DNA of 64,000 nt. Origin: an uncultured Chlamydiae bacterium. GTDB lineage: Bacteria; Chlamydiota; Chlamydiia; Chlamydiales; SM23-39. This document shows, in pieces, positions 10,624 through 21,092 of this stretch (position 1 is the stretch's first letter; every line of letters starts with the position of its first letter). The notes below the pieces were generated by a model. It was not told the origin of the DNA. It saw nothing but the letters and a program-made list of their open reading frames with translations, and did no database searches. A program made the position numbers and the translations under genes. The stretch lies in assembly GCA_963828125.1 (NCBI GenBank), contig CAWHDP010000002.1:1280001-1344000 (forward strand), given 5' to 3'.

Positions 10624-11251
10624 GTATATGGAATTGGCTGCCTGTTTCGCCCGAATTATTTGCAATGAGGCAGAAGAAAACCGCCTCCCAATGAATAGCT
10701 TGGCACTGCTTTGCCCTGCCGAAGAAAATCTCAAATACTCACCCGAACGTGTAACCTTTCGAGATCGACTTACGCAGCAGCAAAAAGACTGGCGTGAAGA
10801 ACAGATTATTATCCAAAATCTAGGACAGTTAGCATTGCCACTTTTTATTCCCATCGTTAAAGAATATGGAGAGTTGATTAACCCTACCCAAAAATTTCCA
10901 CAATATCCAGAAGATTTTCCCGCTATTGCTAAAGCAAAGTTCACACCAACTTTTAGTGATACAGTCGCGCAGGCTTATGAAAATTTTCTACAGATTCGAG
11001 TATCTAGGAAGTACCGAAATTACCAAGATTTGCTTCCCAAATGGCATCAGCAACTTGAAAATATTATCTTTAAAGATTCCGGTTGGTGTGATTCTAAGAG
11101 AAATTATTTAAAGATGACATGGAAAAAAGCATTGTTCAGAAAGCCTTACCCTAGACAAAGGGCGCTGAAAGGGAGGCATCCAGCCGGACACGCCATTAGT
11201 TTGGTCGAAGCTTTCCGATTCATTCACTATTTCTCCAAGAAATTTATGGTT
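10610..11251 (+). pseudogene. Hypothetical gene coupled to the integrase, truncated by IS1634
   Basis: Overlaps the integrase stop; the last ~22 codons of the track ORF (PTFRTLSAV...) are read from the IS1634 end. Confidence 0.7.
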
Positions 11252-13042
11252 CCCACATTCCGCACCCTCTCAGCTGTTAGCATAGATTTTTTCAAATTGA
11301 GGACCAAGAATGGCTAAGACATGGCTCCGAACGGGATTCATGTTCAGAATGATTTCCTCTATTTTGCCTCCTATTGTCCGAATTAAAAGGTGCACTCCCT
11401 CAAAAAGCTGAAAGATCCAGCGCATTGTGGGGGTTCGTGTTGCTTTTCCCAATTGATTCGGTACGCAAGCTTTAGCTCGTTCTAGACTCTGCCGTAAATA
11501 CCGTTGTGCAATCGTGTAGACTAGCAAACAGAGGCACATCACCATAGCAAGAGCAATAATTTTTTTCTCACTTTTCAAATATACAGCCGGCGTCATGAAG
11601 GCAGGCTCTTTTAAAAAGCGAAAACCCCGTTCCACCGATTGTTGGCCTTTGTAATTTTGTAAAAGTTCTTTGCTTGTTAGAAGAGCTTCATCTAATTCGT
11701 TGGTTGCAATAATGAATCTCCCTTTTGTTTTAAGAATGTGATCGATTTTATTTGGATCTTCTTTAAGCTGTGTTTTGACGCGGTAGTGATGAGTCACTAG
11801 CGCCCCTGCTTTAGGTCTGCCCTTTCCTCGGTGTGTTTTTTTAGATGTGATTTCTATTTCATTCAGGCAGTGATATTTGAGTTTTTTACTCCAGCGTAGT
11901 ACAGCCTCTTTCGCATCATTTTCACAATCAAAGTCGGTTCGCAGCCATCGATTCAGTTCACGCTTTTGCTCTTCATTCTCTTTTTGAACTTGTCTTCTAA
12001 GTGTTTTTTCTTCGCGTATGTATGCTTGTTCAGAATAAACAAGCAACCATCGTTGCTTGACTGCCCCGTATTCGCTCTTAAACTCCTTTCCTTGATATCC
12101 GAGTTCTAAATTTTCTAACGGACCGGTGTATTGGACGATTTGTTTTGCCTCCACCAGCGTCTCTGGAACTCTTGTAACCCATTTTATCGATGATGACAAA
12201 TCTCCAATTGTTGCCTTGGTGTACAATGCGCTGTCGGCCACAAAGTAGAGATTCTCGCCAGCTTGAATTTGTCCTCGTAATTCCTTCAATCGTTCTCGGA
12301 ACAGCTCTTTGTCTGATGTGTTACCGGCCACTGTTTTTGCTAAAAGAGGCACGTCTCCATCCTGGCTCGACATCAGATAAATCATAAATTGTTTTAAGTC
12401 AGGACGATGATCTTTTGAATATCCAAATGTGACCAATCCTATTCCTTCATTGGTATCGTATTCCCCATGCACCTGCATACTTGTAGAATCTAAGTGTCGA
12501 AATTTTTGAGATACTCCAAAACGCAGAGCAGCTTGAGAGGCTATAGATGCAAATAGAGGATCGCATCCGGAAGCAAAAAGCTGGTTCAATGTCCTTCTCA
12601 ATCGATCGTCATTGATCGCATCCTCGCAATCTTTTAATAGAAAGCGATTTACTGGCCGTGAAGAGAAAAATTGTGCTTCGAGATATAGGGGTCTGGAGGT
12701 AAACCCAAGCCCATTGATCACCATCAATTTAACGCATTCGCCGTGAGAAATTTTCATGCTTGGATCCGGTGGAAGTATCTTATCGATCATTTCCACTATC
12801 CCAATTTCATCACAAATTTGAGATACAATGCCCAGATGGTCTAAATTTTTACTGCGATAAGTGTTGTCCATGACGCCTCCCGTCTAAAAAGACATTTGAT
12901 TTTACAGGAGACGCAAAAAAATATTTACTAAAATATATTGATCGATCTACTCTGGCTTGCTTACCTCATTGCTTTCTCTGATCGGACCAAAAAAAATCCT
13001 AAAGTTGGTTTGCACCCTGCGGAGCAGGGTGCGGAATGTGGG
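11252..13042 (-). mobile_element. IS1634-family element, full length
   Basis: 17-bp terminal IR CCCACATTCCGCACCCT at 11252 and 13026-13042; no target duplication visible. Confidence 0.9.
11270..12871 (-). CDS. IS1634-family transposase
   Basis: HLDSTS, GYSKDHRPDLKQ, VADSALY and YKGQQSVERGFRFLK motifs. Confidence 0.93.
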   Translation of the reverse strand: MDNTYRSKNLDHLGIVSQICDEIGIVEMIDKILPPDPSMKISHGECVKLMVINGLGFTSRPLYLEAQFFSSRPVNRFLLKDCEDAINDDRLRRTLNQLFASGCDPLFASIASQAALRFGVSQKFRHLDSTSMQVHGEYDTNEGIGLVTFGYSKDHRPDLKQFMIYLMSSQDGDVPLLAKTVAGNTSDKELFRERLKELRGQIQAGENLYFVADSALYTKATIGDLSSSIKWVTRVPETLVEAKQIVQYTGPLENLELGYQGKEFKSEYGAVKQRWLLVYSEQAYIREEKTLRRQVQKENEEQKRELNRWLRTDFDCENDAKEAVLRWSKKLKYHCLNEIEITSKKTHRGKGRPKAGALVTHHYRVKTQLKEDPNKIDHILKTKGRFIIATNELDEALLTSKELLQNYKGQQSVERGFRFLKEPAFMTPAVYLKSEKKIIALAMVMCLCLLVYTIAQRYLRQSLERAKACVPNQLGKATRTPTMRWIFQLFEGVHLLIRTIGGKIEEIILNMNPVRSHVLAILGPQFEKIYANS

Positions 13043-14029
13043 CTATAAGAAATCACGGCTATTTTCTGCCCATTTCTTTGTCCACTCTTTAAGATGCGCT
13101 ACTTTTTCTAAGGAATCTTTGTGAAAAGTTCCCAAAGTTTCATGGGATTCAATCCAAAAGAAGAGCCTTAAAGTGGCAAAGTTTATAAAATGAGGAATTA
13201 AAAGAGCTTCCTGTTCACTGAAAGGACGAACTTTGCGGTATCCTATCAATAGGTGAGAAAGCCATTCAGTTTCTTCCGCATTAAAATTGACACGATTAAA
13301 TCTGCCAGCCATGGAAAAAATCACAATTGCAAGATCAAAAGCATACCAGTGGTAGCAACTGTCGTCGAAGTCGATGATACCAATCGTGTCATCCTCTCCA
13401 ACAAACATGTTAAGAGCCCCGAGATCGGCATGAACCAGACCGTAATTGCTAGAGGTTTGAGGAAGCGATTCCATCCAGGAAATGGCCTTTTTCAATCGAA
13501 AAAAAAGCGCCTGTTGTTTTGAAATTTTTGCCGCTGCGAGAGCATGCCTTAAGCCCCTTTCTTGAAACCAGTCTTCTCTTTTTCCTTCTAAATGAGAACC
13601 CTCATAGGTTTCACTTGCTTTGTGCATTTTGCCGATCAAAGAGCCAAGGGTTTCTAAAAATTGAGGGCTTGTCACAATTTGTTCTTGGGGATGCTCTCCC
13701 TTGATTTCAGAGAAAACAACTGCTTCGTAGTGTTGATTTCCATCAGTGAGAGAGACCACTTTATTGCCCTCTATGTCGGGAAGTATTTTAGGGACCTTGA
13801 GTCCAGACTTTGCAAGATGTTCGATCCAGTGAATTTCTGCCAAGATTTCTGGTCTCATCCTTCTTAGCGGAGTCGTAAGCCTTAGGTAGGCCCTTCCAGA
13901 GGGGGAATTGCAGGAGAAGACAATGTTTTCCATCTTACGAACAAAGACGACATCGCGTAGACTCCACTTCTTTGAGAGAGAGTCTAGAGCAGGCTGACTG
14001 GGAAATTGTTCTGCGGGGGTGTGCATCAT
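13043..14029 (-). CDS. APH/homoserine-kinase-type phosphotransferase
   Basis: HADLGALN and IIDFDD motifs; likely start MMHTP at 14029, right after the SDR stop. Confidence 0.85.
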   Translation of the reverse strand: MMHTPAEQFPSQPALDSLSKKWSLRDVVFVRKMENIVFSCNSPSGRAYLRLTTPLRRMRPEILAEIHWIEHLAKSGLKVPKILPDIEGNKVVSLTDGNQHYEAVVFSEIKGEHPQEQIVTSPQFLETLGSLIGKMHKASETYEGSHLEGKREDWFQERGLRHALAAAKISKQQALFFRLKKAISWMESLPQTSSNYGLVHADLGALNMFVGEDDTIGIIDFDDSCYHWYAFDLAIVIFSMAGRFNRVNFNAEETEWLSHLLIGYRKVRPFSEQEALLIPHFINFATLRLFFWIESHETLGTFHKDSLEKVAHLKEWTKKWAENSRDFL

Positions 14030-14030
14030 T

Positions 14031-14837
14031 TTATATCTCATTTTTCGCAGGAGGAGCGCCTGCTCCTGCAAGGATGCCGCCATCTATGGTCAACTCAATT
14101 CCTGTGATATACCTTGATTCATCTGCAGCGAGGAAAAGAGCAGCATTGGCCACATCTTCTGGCGTTCCCATTTTTTGCATGGGGATGTCTTTTGTTAGCA
14201 TAGCCATCATCTGTTCTCTCTGAGACCCCAATCCCAACATCGGATCCCACATAGGTGTAAGAATCACTGCTGGGTGAATGGAGTTGCACCGAATATTGTA
14301 CCCTTGCTGACAACAGTAAAGAGCGACTGTTTTTGTGTGATTGCGGATGGCAGCTTTGCTTGCAGCATAGGCAGCAGCACCCGGGATCCCCACGATGCCA
14401 GAACGAGAAGAGATGTTGATAATAGAGGCACTCTTGCTCCTCTTCATAGTTGAAATAGCGTATTTGCAGCCCAAGAAAGTGCCATCAGAGTTGACTGCAT
14501 GTACCTCTCGCCAACTTTTGAGAGAGGCGTGTTCAGGATCTTGTGGACCGAATTCCTGTTGAAACCCAGTGATCCCTGCATTGTTCACAAGGATATCGAG
14601 TTTTCCAAATTGTTGTAGGATCTTCTTCATTACTTGTTGCCAATCTGCCTCTTCTCGAACATCGAGGTGAAGATAGAGAGCGGTTTTTGCAAGGTTTTGT
14701 GCAACGATTTTGCCCTTAGCATCATTGATGTCCGCAACGATGACATGAACTCCTTCTTGAGCAAATAGAATAGCGATCCCTTCTCCGATGCCTTGTGCTC
14801 CGCCTGTGATAAGGGCCACTTTATCTTTTATTCGCAC
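14031..14837 (-). CDS. Short-chain dehydrogenase/reductase
   Basis: [17 protein letters not shown]. Confidence 0.95.
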   Translation of the reverse strand: MRIKDKVALITGGAQGIGEGIAILFAQEGVHVIVADINDAKGKIVAQNLAKTALYLHLDVREEADWQQVMKKILQQFGKLDILVNNAGITGFQQEFGPQDPEHASLKSWREVHAVNSDGTFLGCKYAISTMKRSKSASIINISSRSGIVGIPGAAAYAASKAAIRNHTKTVALYCCQQGYNIRCNSIHPAVILTPMWDPMLGLGSQREQMMAMLTKDIPMQKMGTPEDVANAALFLAADESRYITGIELTIDGGILAGAGAPPAKNEI

Positions 14838-15868
14838 AGTTCGTCCTTCTGGAGAAGTTCTCGATTTAACATGACCTTTTGTACGGCATCGCGCAGTTCG
14901 ATTTCTTCTTGAGCGGATTCTTCTTGCCGACGTCGCTCTTCAAATTTTGCATATTCAGAAACTGCGAGCTCTTTTGCCATTTCTGCGGCTATGGATCCAG
15001 CATGAGTCAAAATTTTTTCATCGTTGACTTGGAGGAAAGCATCTAATTTCGACTTCCAATCGGCCATATACATGACTTTTTTGTGGCGAGCCTGTCGTTC
15101 CGCAAAATCTAAATATTGGCTGACAAGAAGGTCCAGGTCCTTGATCTCTTCCTGCTGCAGATAGTTTTTAGCGATCTCTACATCTCGTTTCACTAGTGCT
15201 TTGCCTCGATTTGCACCTTCCCAGGTTGTCAATCCCATGTTGGGTTTTAATGCATTAACCCTTGCATGGATGATTTCAGCCGCTGTCAATCCAGTTACGG
15301 CATACAGCAGTTTATTTTGCACCGTCTTAAAAAATTCTTGAGTCATAGAATGTTGCGGATCATAATCAGCGCTCAAGACATAAATATCCCGGATTTTTTG
15401 ATAAAATCGTTTTTCTGAAGCGCGAATCGCACGGATGCGATCTAAGAGTTCGTCAAAATAATCCACAGCTCCAGGCTTGCCCAACCGCTCGTCATCCAGA
15501 GTGAAACCTTTTATTATATACTCGTTGAGACGTTCAGTTGCCCATTGTCGGAATTGGGTGCCTCGATGAGAATTTACCCGATACCCAACTGCTATAATAG
15601 CCTCTAATCGATAGACTTGCGTTTTATATCTCTTGCCATCCGCGGCAGTTAGTAAGGATTCCTTAATAACTGAATTTGGATCGATTTCTTTTTCTGTGAA
15701 AATATTTTTTAAATGTATATTGATGTTTTGCGGAGTCGTCTGAAACAGTTCTGCCATTAATTTCTGGCTAAGCCAAACGGTTCCATTCTCGAGGCGCACT
15801 TCAATGCGTTGGCGTCCATCTTCTGTCTGGTAAAGTAGTAGAGAGCTATCTGCAGTAGTGACGTTCAT
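14828..15868 (-). CDS. RhuM-family protein
   Basis: VWLSQKLMAELF, IIAVGYRVNS, FRQWAT, KGFTLDDERL, IRASEKRFY. Confidence 0.9.
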   Translation of the reverse strand: MNVTTADSSLLLYQTEDGRQRIEVRLENGTVWLSQKLMAELFQTTPQNINIHLKNIFTEKEIDPNSVIKESLLTAADGKRYKTQVYRLEAIIAVGYRVNSHRGTQFRQWATERLNEYIIKGFTLDDERLGKPGAVDYFDELLDRIRAIRASEKRFYQKIRDIYVLSADYDPQHSMTQEFFKTVQNKLLYAVTGLTAAEIIHARVNALKPNMGLTTWEGANRGKALVKRDVEIAKNYLQQEEIKDLDLLVSQYLDFAERQARHKKVMYMADWKSKLDAFLQVNDEKILTHAGSIAAEMAKELAVSEYAKFEERRRQEESAQEEIELRDAVQKVMLNRELLQKDELCE

Positions 15869-15883
15869 ATTTTTCCTTTGATA

Positions 15884-16540
15884 TCAGCCTTCATATCCGC
15901 AGACACCAGCTCTGGGAGAGTTTACCAGGGACATCAGCATATAAGTATCTCCTTCATCAACTGCGCAAGAATGATCTTCACTGCAGCTGCCACACGTTGT
16001 TTCCCCACACATTGAGCAGATGAGTTCAGGAGGTTTTTTACAGGAAGTACAAGAAAAAGAGGGAGGGTCGTTTCTCATGAGAAGCGTGATTTTCTTTTGA
16101 GGACATGTAGGGAGTTTTTCTATTACTTCGAGTTCAAGGTCTGTTGATGACCCCATGTCATAGACGTATCCAAATTCCAAACCTGGAGACAAGAATTTGC
16201 TTATTGGATCTTTCATGCAATGGCTCACTCTGCCCGATTCTGTACGAGAGAAATAGCGCCGACCACCAATTGTGAATTCGCTTAAATGACCGCAGCATTC
16301 CAGCCAGATATCGCGCAAGAATTGATCTAGCTGGCCTAGGGAGGCGTCTTTAGGAAGAGCGATGAACATCCAATAGAGATTAGGCTGACCTGCTCCTGAA
16401 ACGCGAACCAGATATCCATCCGTTGTTGCTTGGGAAGGAGAAGGTGACGACGCGATGCACTCAAGCAAATGAGTATTCGCCTTAGTTGGGTTAAAGATCT
16501 CACCACATTTGGTGCATTTGCCCTTAGTTCTGATTTTCAT
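15884..16540 (-). CDS. pRiA4b ORF-3-like, Cys-rich zinc-binding protein
   Basis: LDQFLRDIWLECCGHLSEF, YVYDMGSST, VNSPRAGVCGY; probable start MKIRTKG. Confidence 0.75.
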   Translation of the reverse strand: MKIRTKGKCTKCGEIFNPTKANTHLLECIASSPSPSQATTDGYLVRVSGAGQPNLYWMFIALPKDASLGQLDQFLRDIWLECCGHLSEFTIGGRRYFSRTESGRVSHCMKDPISKFLSPGLEFGYVYDMGSSTDLELEVIEKLPTCPQKKITLLMRNDPPSFSCTSCKKPPELICSMCGETTCGSCSEDHSCAVDEGDTYMLMSLVNSPRAGVCGYEG

Positions 16541-16697
16541 GTTTTTCGCTTCTTTATGCGGTTGGAAACAAGCTGTCTCCAATCATTTTTTTTGATAAAT
16601 CTTACTCTCTATGAAAGTGCAAAGTCAATGGGTTGCAGAGTGAAGCTGCACATTTTTTCAGGGTCCACTCGTAGAAATAGGTTTTTCTTGCTAGACT

Positions 16698-16713
16698 TAC
16701 TACGATTGTAGTA
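16698..16713. promoter_or_regulatory. BlaI/MecI/CopY-type operator palindrome TACTAC-GATT-GTAGTA
   Basis: Perfect 6-bp arms 25 bp upstream of the BlaI-family gene. Confidence 0.7.
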
Positions 16714-16738
16714 GATTGGTCGTTTTTAGAGGAATCGT

Positions 16739-17116
16739 ATGGGAAAACGGATCTTTGGAGAGCTGGAGCTTGCCATCCTCAATACCTTTCAAAAAGATGG
16801 ATCTGTACGCACGGTCCGGGATGTGCTGCAGGTTTTGGGCAAGGAAGACAAGTATACGACGATCATGACCGTCATGAACCGCTTGGTTGCCAAGGGCGAA
16901 CTGCACAGGGAGCGGGAAGGGCAGTCCTACCGCTACAGTCTTCAGGCAAAAAAAGAACGGTATAGTCTCTTTGAAAAATGGCGAAAAAAGATTTTTGGTG
17001 GCAAGTCAGCGCTCATGATTAGCTATCTCCTTGAAGCGGGGGAAGATATTACTGAAGAGGAATTGCTCCAGATTCAGGAGCTGATTGATCAGGCAAAACA
17101 AAGAGGCAAATCGTGA
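16739..17116 (+). CDS. BlaI/MecI/CopY-family repressor
   Basis: FGELELAIL, YTTIMTVMNRLVAKG winged-helix signature. Confidence 0.92.
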   Translation: MGKRIFGELELAILNTFQKDGSVRTVRDVLQVLGKEDKYTTIMTVMNRLVAKGELHREREGQSYRYSLQAKKERYSLFEKWRKKIFGGKSALMISYLLEAGEDITEEELLQIQELIDQAKQRGKS

Positions 17117-17181
17117 TGGGATCGCAGCTCTATTGAATCTATGCCTTTAATATTGTCGTGAATAGCACCCTTGCATTTTTC
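17113..17181 (+). pseudogene. 5' remnant of the BlaI partner gene (probably BlaR1/M56-like)
   Basis: GTGA overlap with the BlaI stop; MGSQLY*IYAFNIVVNSTLAFF is cut by an IS end at 17182; family inferred from context only. Confidence 0.45.
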
Positions 17182-18352
17182 GGGCGCATTCCCATTTTCT
17201 GGGTAGCCACCTGACGGTCTATGCTGCATAGGGCAGGCCTCCCTCATAAGCCATCTTTTTTAACAGATTCCAGCGCCCGCTCTTGTAATACGCTCGCAGC
17301 AACAACACTTCTTCTGCGGTATCTTCTTTCCAGAAGATGCAGGGGCTTTTCAGCCTCAGATTGATCACTCGCCGCACCGCACTTTCGATTGCCCCGCTCC
17401 CTATCGGCATCTTGAGAGCTGCAACTTCCTTGTAGCAGAGCCGTTTTCGGTTATTGACGAAGTACATCAGCTCTCGCTGGAGGAGTTGACTCTTTGATCC
17501 CTTTACGTTCGGCAAAAACTCTTGTGCTGCTGGGTAGTACGATTTGCTCATGTCCATAGCGATTGCTTTTAACTTTGGTGCGTGCTTTGCCAGTTTCTTG
17601 AAAAAGGGAGCTACCGCCTCTATAGTTCTACCCTCTACAGCGTGAATAATGCTCCCCGACCGTAGATCTGTGAAAACGGTCATGTATTCATGCCCTTTCC
17701 GTATGCTGAATTCATCGACGGTAATGTATTCCAAATCTTCTAGAGGAATTGTTTTATAGAGAGCAGTCAATTTCTCTTTGTGGATCCTCTTCACGACATT
17801 CCAGCTAATTTTTAGAAATCGAGAGACATCCAAGAGAGTGCTAAAATGCAAAAGATCCAGCACGTGTGCGATCATGGAGCGCACCATTCGGAATTTGCCT
17901 TTCATAAAAGGCAATCGAGGCCACCATTTATGGCCACATTGAGGACATGCTACTCGATGTAGCAGCACGTTTAGAAAACAGGGCTTGCCGCCAAACGGCA
18001 CCATTTTAAACTGCCGCTTTTTTTGTCCCTTGAAGATTGTGCGCGTACAGCCACATTTGCATTGAGATGGATCGACCATTATAGCGTGGATCGTAATCGC
18101 CCCCGCTTCAAATTTGGTAGATTGGTATTGAACTCCGCTGATTCCGTATGCATGATACAAGAGAGAAGTAGACATAGAAGAAGCCTCCCGTGAGGGTGTT
18201 TGTTCAAGCTCCTTTTATATGTCTGCTTCTTTTCTTTCTACCCACCAGTCAAGACCTTTTAGAAATCACAACGCGCTGAATAATCAATACTTATAAAAAT
18301 CTAAGGACTTAATGCCTTTCCCCTCTACAGGTACTCATTTGTCGGATGAACC
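17182..18352 (-). mobile_element. Chimeric IS: ISL3 left part fused to an ISKra4/ISLre2-like right part (ORF 17219-18175)
   Basis: ISL3-type end GGTTCATCCGACAAAT at 18352; ISL3 motifs (zinc finger, VDEFSIRKGHEY, AMDMS) then PIGSGAIESAVRRVINLRLK; second end GGGCGCATTCCC at 17182. Confidence 0.8.
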
Positions 18353-19066
18353 AAAATTCTGAACACCCTGATTTGGATATTGACGACGGGGGCCCGCTGG
18401 TGTGATGTGCCAGTCGGTGATCAATGGGCTTCCAGAGCCTGCGCTCATAAATACTTGGGAGAGTGGAAAAAAAACGGAATTTTAGAACGCATTCTTACTG
18501 CATTAGAGGGGGTTTGCGTCGAATGGAAAATGGTTGATTTAACTCGATTGGCGATCGATGGATTTTTCTCTCCCGGGAAAGGAGGTGGAGAAAAAGTAGA
18601 CTATGGATACAAGGGGAAGGGAATGACTACTCATCTCCTTGTTGACGGTCTTGGGCAACCTCTTAAGGCTACGAGTACGGGGGCCTCTGGCGACGAACGC
18701 AAGGAAGTGATTCCGCTGTTAAAAAAAATCAGCGGATGGTTAAAACCAATTATTTCCCAAGGGATAACGCCAATCGTAGAGGCCGATAAGGGGTATGATG
18801 CAGAGGAATTGCGGCTGCAAATTCTAGCCATGAAGGTGTTTCCATACATTCCGTATCGACGCCTGGGGCGACATAAGTCGGAGGGTCAACTAAAAGTGTT
18901 GGAAAAATATCGATGGAAGGTCGAGCGGGGCATTTCGTGGTTGCAGAGGAAGTATCGACGATTGGTCGTACGGTGGGAGAGAAGGATGAAATATTGGGAA
19001 GGTTTTCTAGGGATGGGTATTTTGCTCTACTGGATACGAGAACTCATTAAATGGGGAGTTTGTGGA
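18353..19066 (+). pseudogene. IS5-family transposase, 5'-truncated by ISL3
   Basis: ADKGYD and RWKVERGISWL motifs; starts mid-gene relative to the copy at 24895. Confidence 0.85.
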
Positions 19067-19196
19067 GAAGGGACAAGAACAGTTGCTATGCTCATTTCTA
19101 AATAAGCGCCCCCCAAGGGACCTCTCCCCTTGAAAAGGGCGAACACTCCGGTTAAAAGATGTTTTAACTAGAAACAAACCAACCGGAGGTCCGCTT

Positions 19197-20297
19197 ATGA
19201 GGAACTATACAAACAAAACTGTTTATTTGGGAATGGACGTGCATAAAAAAACTTACGCCGTGACTGCAATTTGTGATGGTCAGGTCGTGAAGAAAGACAC
19301 CTTAAAAGCAGACCCTGCCATTTTGGTAGCTTACTGCAAAAAATATTTTATTGGAGCCAAAATCGAGAGCGCTTATGAAGCTGGGTTTTGCGGCTTTTAT
19401 TTACATCGATGTTTAAAAGCGCAGGGCATTACAAATATAGTGGTAGACGCAGCTGGAATGGAGGTTGCTGTCGGAGATCGAGTAAAAACAGATAAACGAG
19501 ACTCTCTGAAATTAGCCACTCATCTTTCAGTCGGAAGGTTGCGTGGAATACGCGTTCCTTCGGTCGAGCGCGAGGACTATAGGGCTGTAACACGACTACG
19601 AGAAACCTTTACTCGGCAACGATCACGTTTTGCTTGCCAGTTAAAATCATTGCTTTTTCAACACGGCTTGATTCGCGCTGATGACAAGAAAAAAATCTCC
19701 GAAAAGTGGGCAAAAGTTCTCGAGACAATGCCACTATCTGCAGGGCTAAAATTTGCTATTGCAAATTATCTCGCCCAATGGCGCCAAATGACCGCAAAAA
19801 TCAAGGAAATAAATCGGGAACTGGCTGTTCAAGCACAGAAAGATGGGGCTATAGAGGCGATTTACAGGAGCGTTCCAGGAATAGGAGAGGTGTCCGCTCG
19901 AGTTTTGGCCAATGAGCTTGAAGACACTTTACAATTTAGCAATGAGAAAACACTCTTTAGCTATACGGGACTTACTCCGAGCGAATACTCATCTGGCGAA
20001 CACGTTCGCCAAGGCCATATTACTCGGCACGGGAAACCTATTTTGCGAAAAATATTGGTACAGACAGCTTGGAAAGCGATTGGCATAGACTCTTCTCTCG
20101 AAGAAATTTTTCTGAGGCTTTCAACCAGAATTGGAAAGAAAAGGGCGATTATAGGCATAGCAAGGCGATTGATTGGTCGCATCCACGCTTGTTTTAGAAC
20201 GGGCGAATTGTATCGTATCCCATCAACTAAAAATGGAAAAGCAGAAGAGAAAAGCGTGGCTGTCCAAGAATCTCAGCTGGCTAACGTGACTCCGTAA
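19197..20297 (+). CDS. IS110-family (DEDD) recombinase/transposase
   Basis: GMDVHK, YEAG, KTDKRDS, SVPGIG, GLTPSEYSSG. Confidence 0.95.
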   Translation: MRNYTNKTVYLGMDVHKKTYAVTAICDGQVVKKDTLKADPAILVAYCKKYFIGAKIESAYEAGFCGFYLHRCLKAQGITNIVVDAAGMEVAVGDRVKTDKRDSLKLATHLSVGRLRGIRVPSVEREDYRAVTRLRETFTRQRSRFACQLKSLLFQHGLIRADDKKKISEKWAKVLETMPLSAGLKFAIANYLAQWRQMTAKIKEINRELAVQAQKDGAIEAIYRSVPGIGEVSARVLANELEDTLQFSNEKTLFSYTGLTPSEYSSGEHVRQGHITRHGKPILRKILVQTAWKAIGIDSSLEEIFLRLSTRIGKKRAIIGIARRLIGRIHACFRTGELYRIPSTKNGKAEEKSVAVQESQLANVTP

Positions 20298-20439
20298 ATT
20301 GCGAAGAGCAATTTACTCCGCTTTGCTCTCGAGGAAAAAAATGTAATTGAACTCTTGCCAACGAGAGACTAAAAAGTTAAACAAGGTAGTACAGACAAAA
20401 TAGTAAATTAAGGCAATGTCCGTAAAGCCGATTTGATGA

Positions 20440-20580
20440 AGTTTGGGGTGACCTTGTGCAATATCCTTGTGGCCATGCAAATGGACCACGCAGAACAGTT
20501 CAGGGCGCCCCGTTTTTTAATGTTCGAATAAACAACTTGGGCGCGCACTTACGGGTGTGACCTCGAATAGCAGGTTGGTC
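20440..20580 (+). ncRNA. Predicted IS110 bridge/seek RNA (target loop 20445-20511, donor loop ~20525-20580); ends approximate
   Basis: Two stem/internal-loop/hairpin units whose loop strands match the target (ATATCCT, AGAACAG) and donor (AACAACT, ATAGCAG) junction sequences. Confidence 0.8.
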
Positions 20581-20677
20581 TTAAATTTTTTTTAAAGGCC
20601 GAAATAACGAACAGCATCAAACGGTCGAGTAGGACAAAACAACTGGAGAAGTCTTATGACTTGACGAAATGACATAG

Positions 20678-20798
20678 CAGGATATGCATGATCGCAAGCG
20701 GCATGATGCAAAGGATAATTTAATATTTTTGGGATGCAGGGCTTCCCTGCATCCTGTGCATCATGCCTGATCTTGTGCATCCTGTTTTTTGTTTGCCC
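20678..20798. repeat. REP-like palindromic element built from CAGGATGCA-like units; IS110 target (left tip at ~19070-19082)
   Basis: Restored left arm ACAAGAACAGGATATGCATG...GGCATGATGCAAAGGAT is the imperfect reverse complement of ATCCTGTGCATCATGCC...TGCATCCTGTTTTTTGT. Confidence 0.6.
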
Positions 20799-21092
20799 AA
20801 AAATGATCATTGTTAAGATTTGAATAAGCATACAGAGATAGGTTCATGAACACAAATCCGTCCTCAATTTCAACTCGCACAATATCATTTAAAATCTTCT
20901 GCAAAGCGCTGATTTCGTTGCTGAGTCGTTGGATCGTGAAGTCTATGTCCTTTGTTTCTCTGCCGATGTCCACATACCGAGCCAATAGAGTCCCTCCTTT
21001 CAAGACAAAATGCGAGTGGTAGGGCGATCGGAATAGGCGTACAAGAAATCTTTCTGTGATGACGTTTTGCCAGACTTCAGCAGGAGTTATGC

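Larger units (their letters stand above)
19080..20680 (+). mobile_element. IS110-family element with downstream non-coding region (IS1111-like layout)
   Basis: CAG repeated at both ends (19080-82, 20678-80). Sub-terminal IR TGCTATGCTCATTTC / GAAATGACATAGCA. Joining the ends creates TTGACG-18 bp-TATGCT. Confidence 0.85.

Noticed and set aside
20678..20798. Third iteron origin
   Set aside because: No adjacent replication gene; better explained as a palindromic repeat continuing on the far side of IS110
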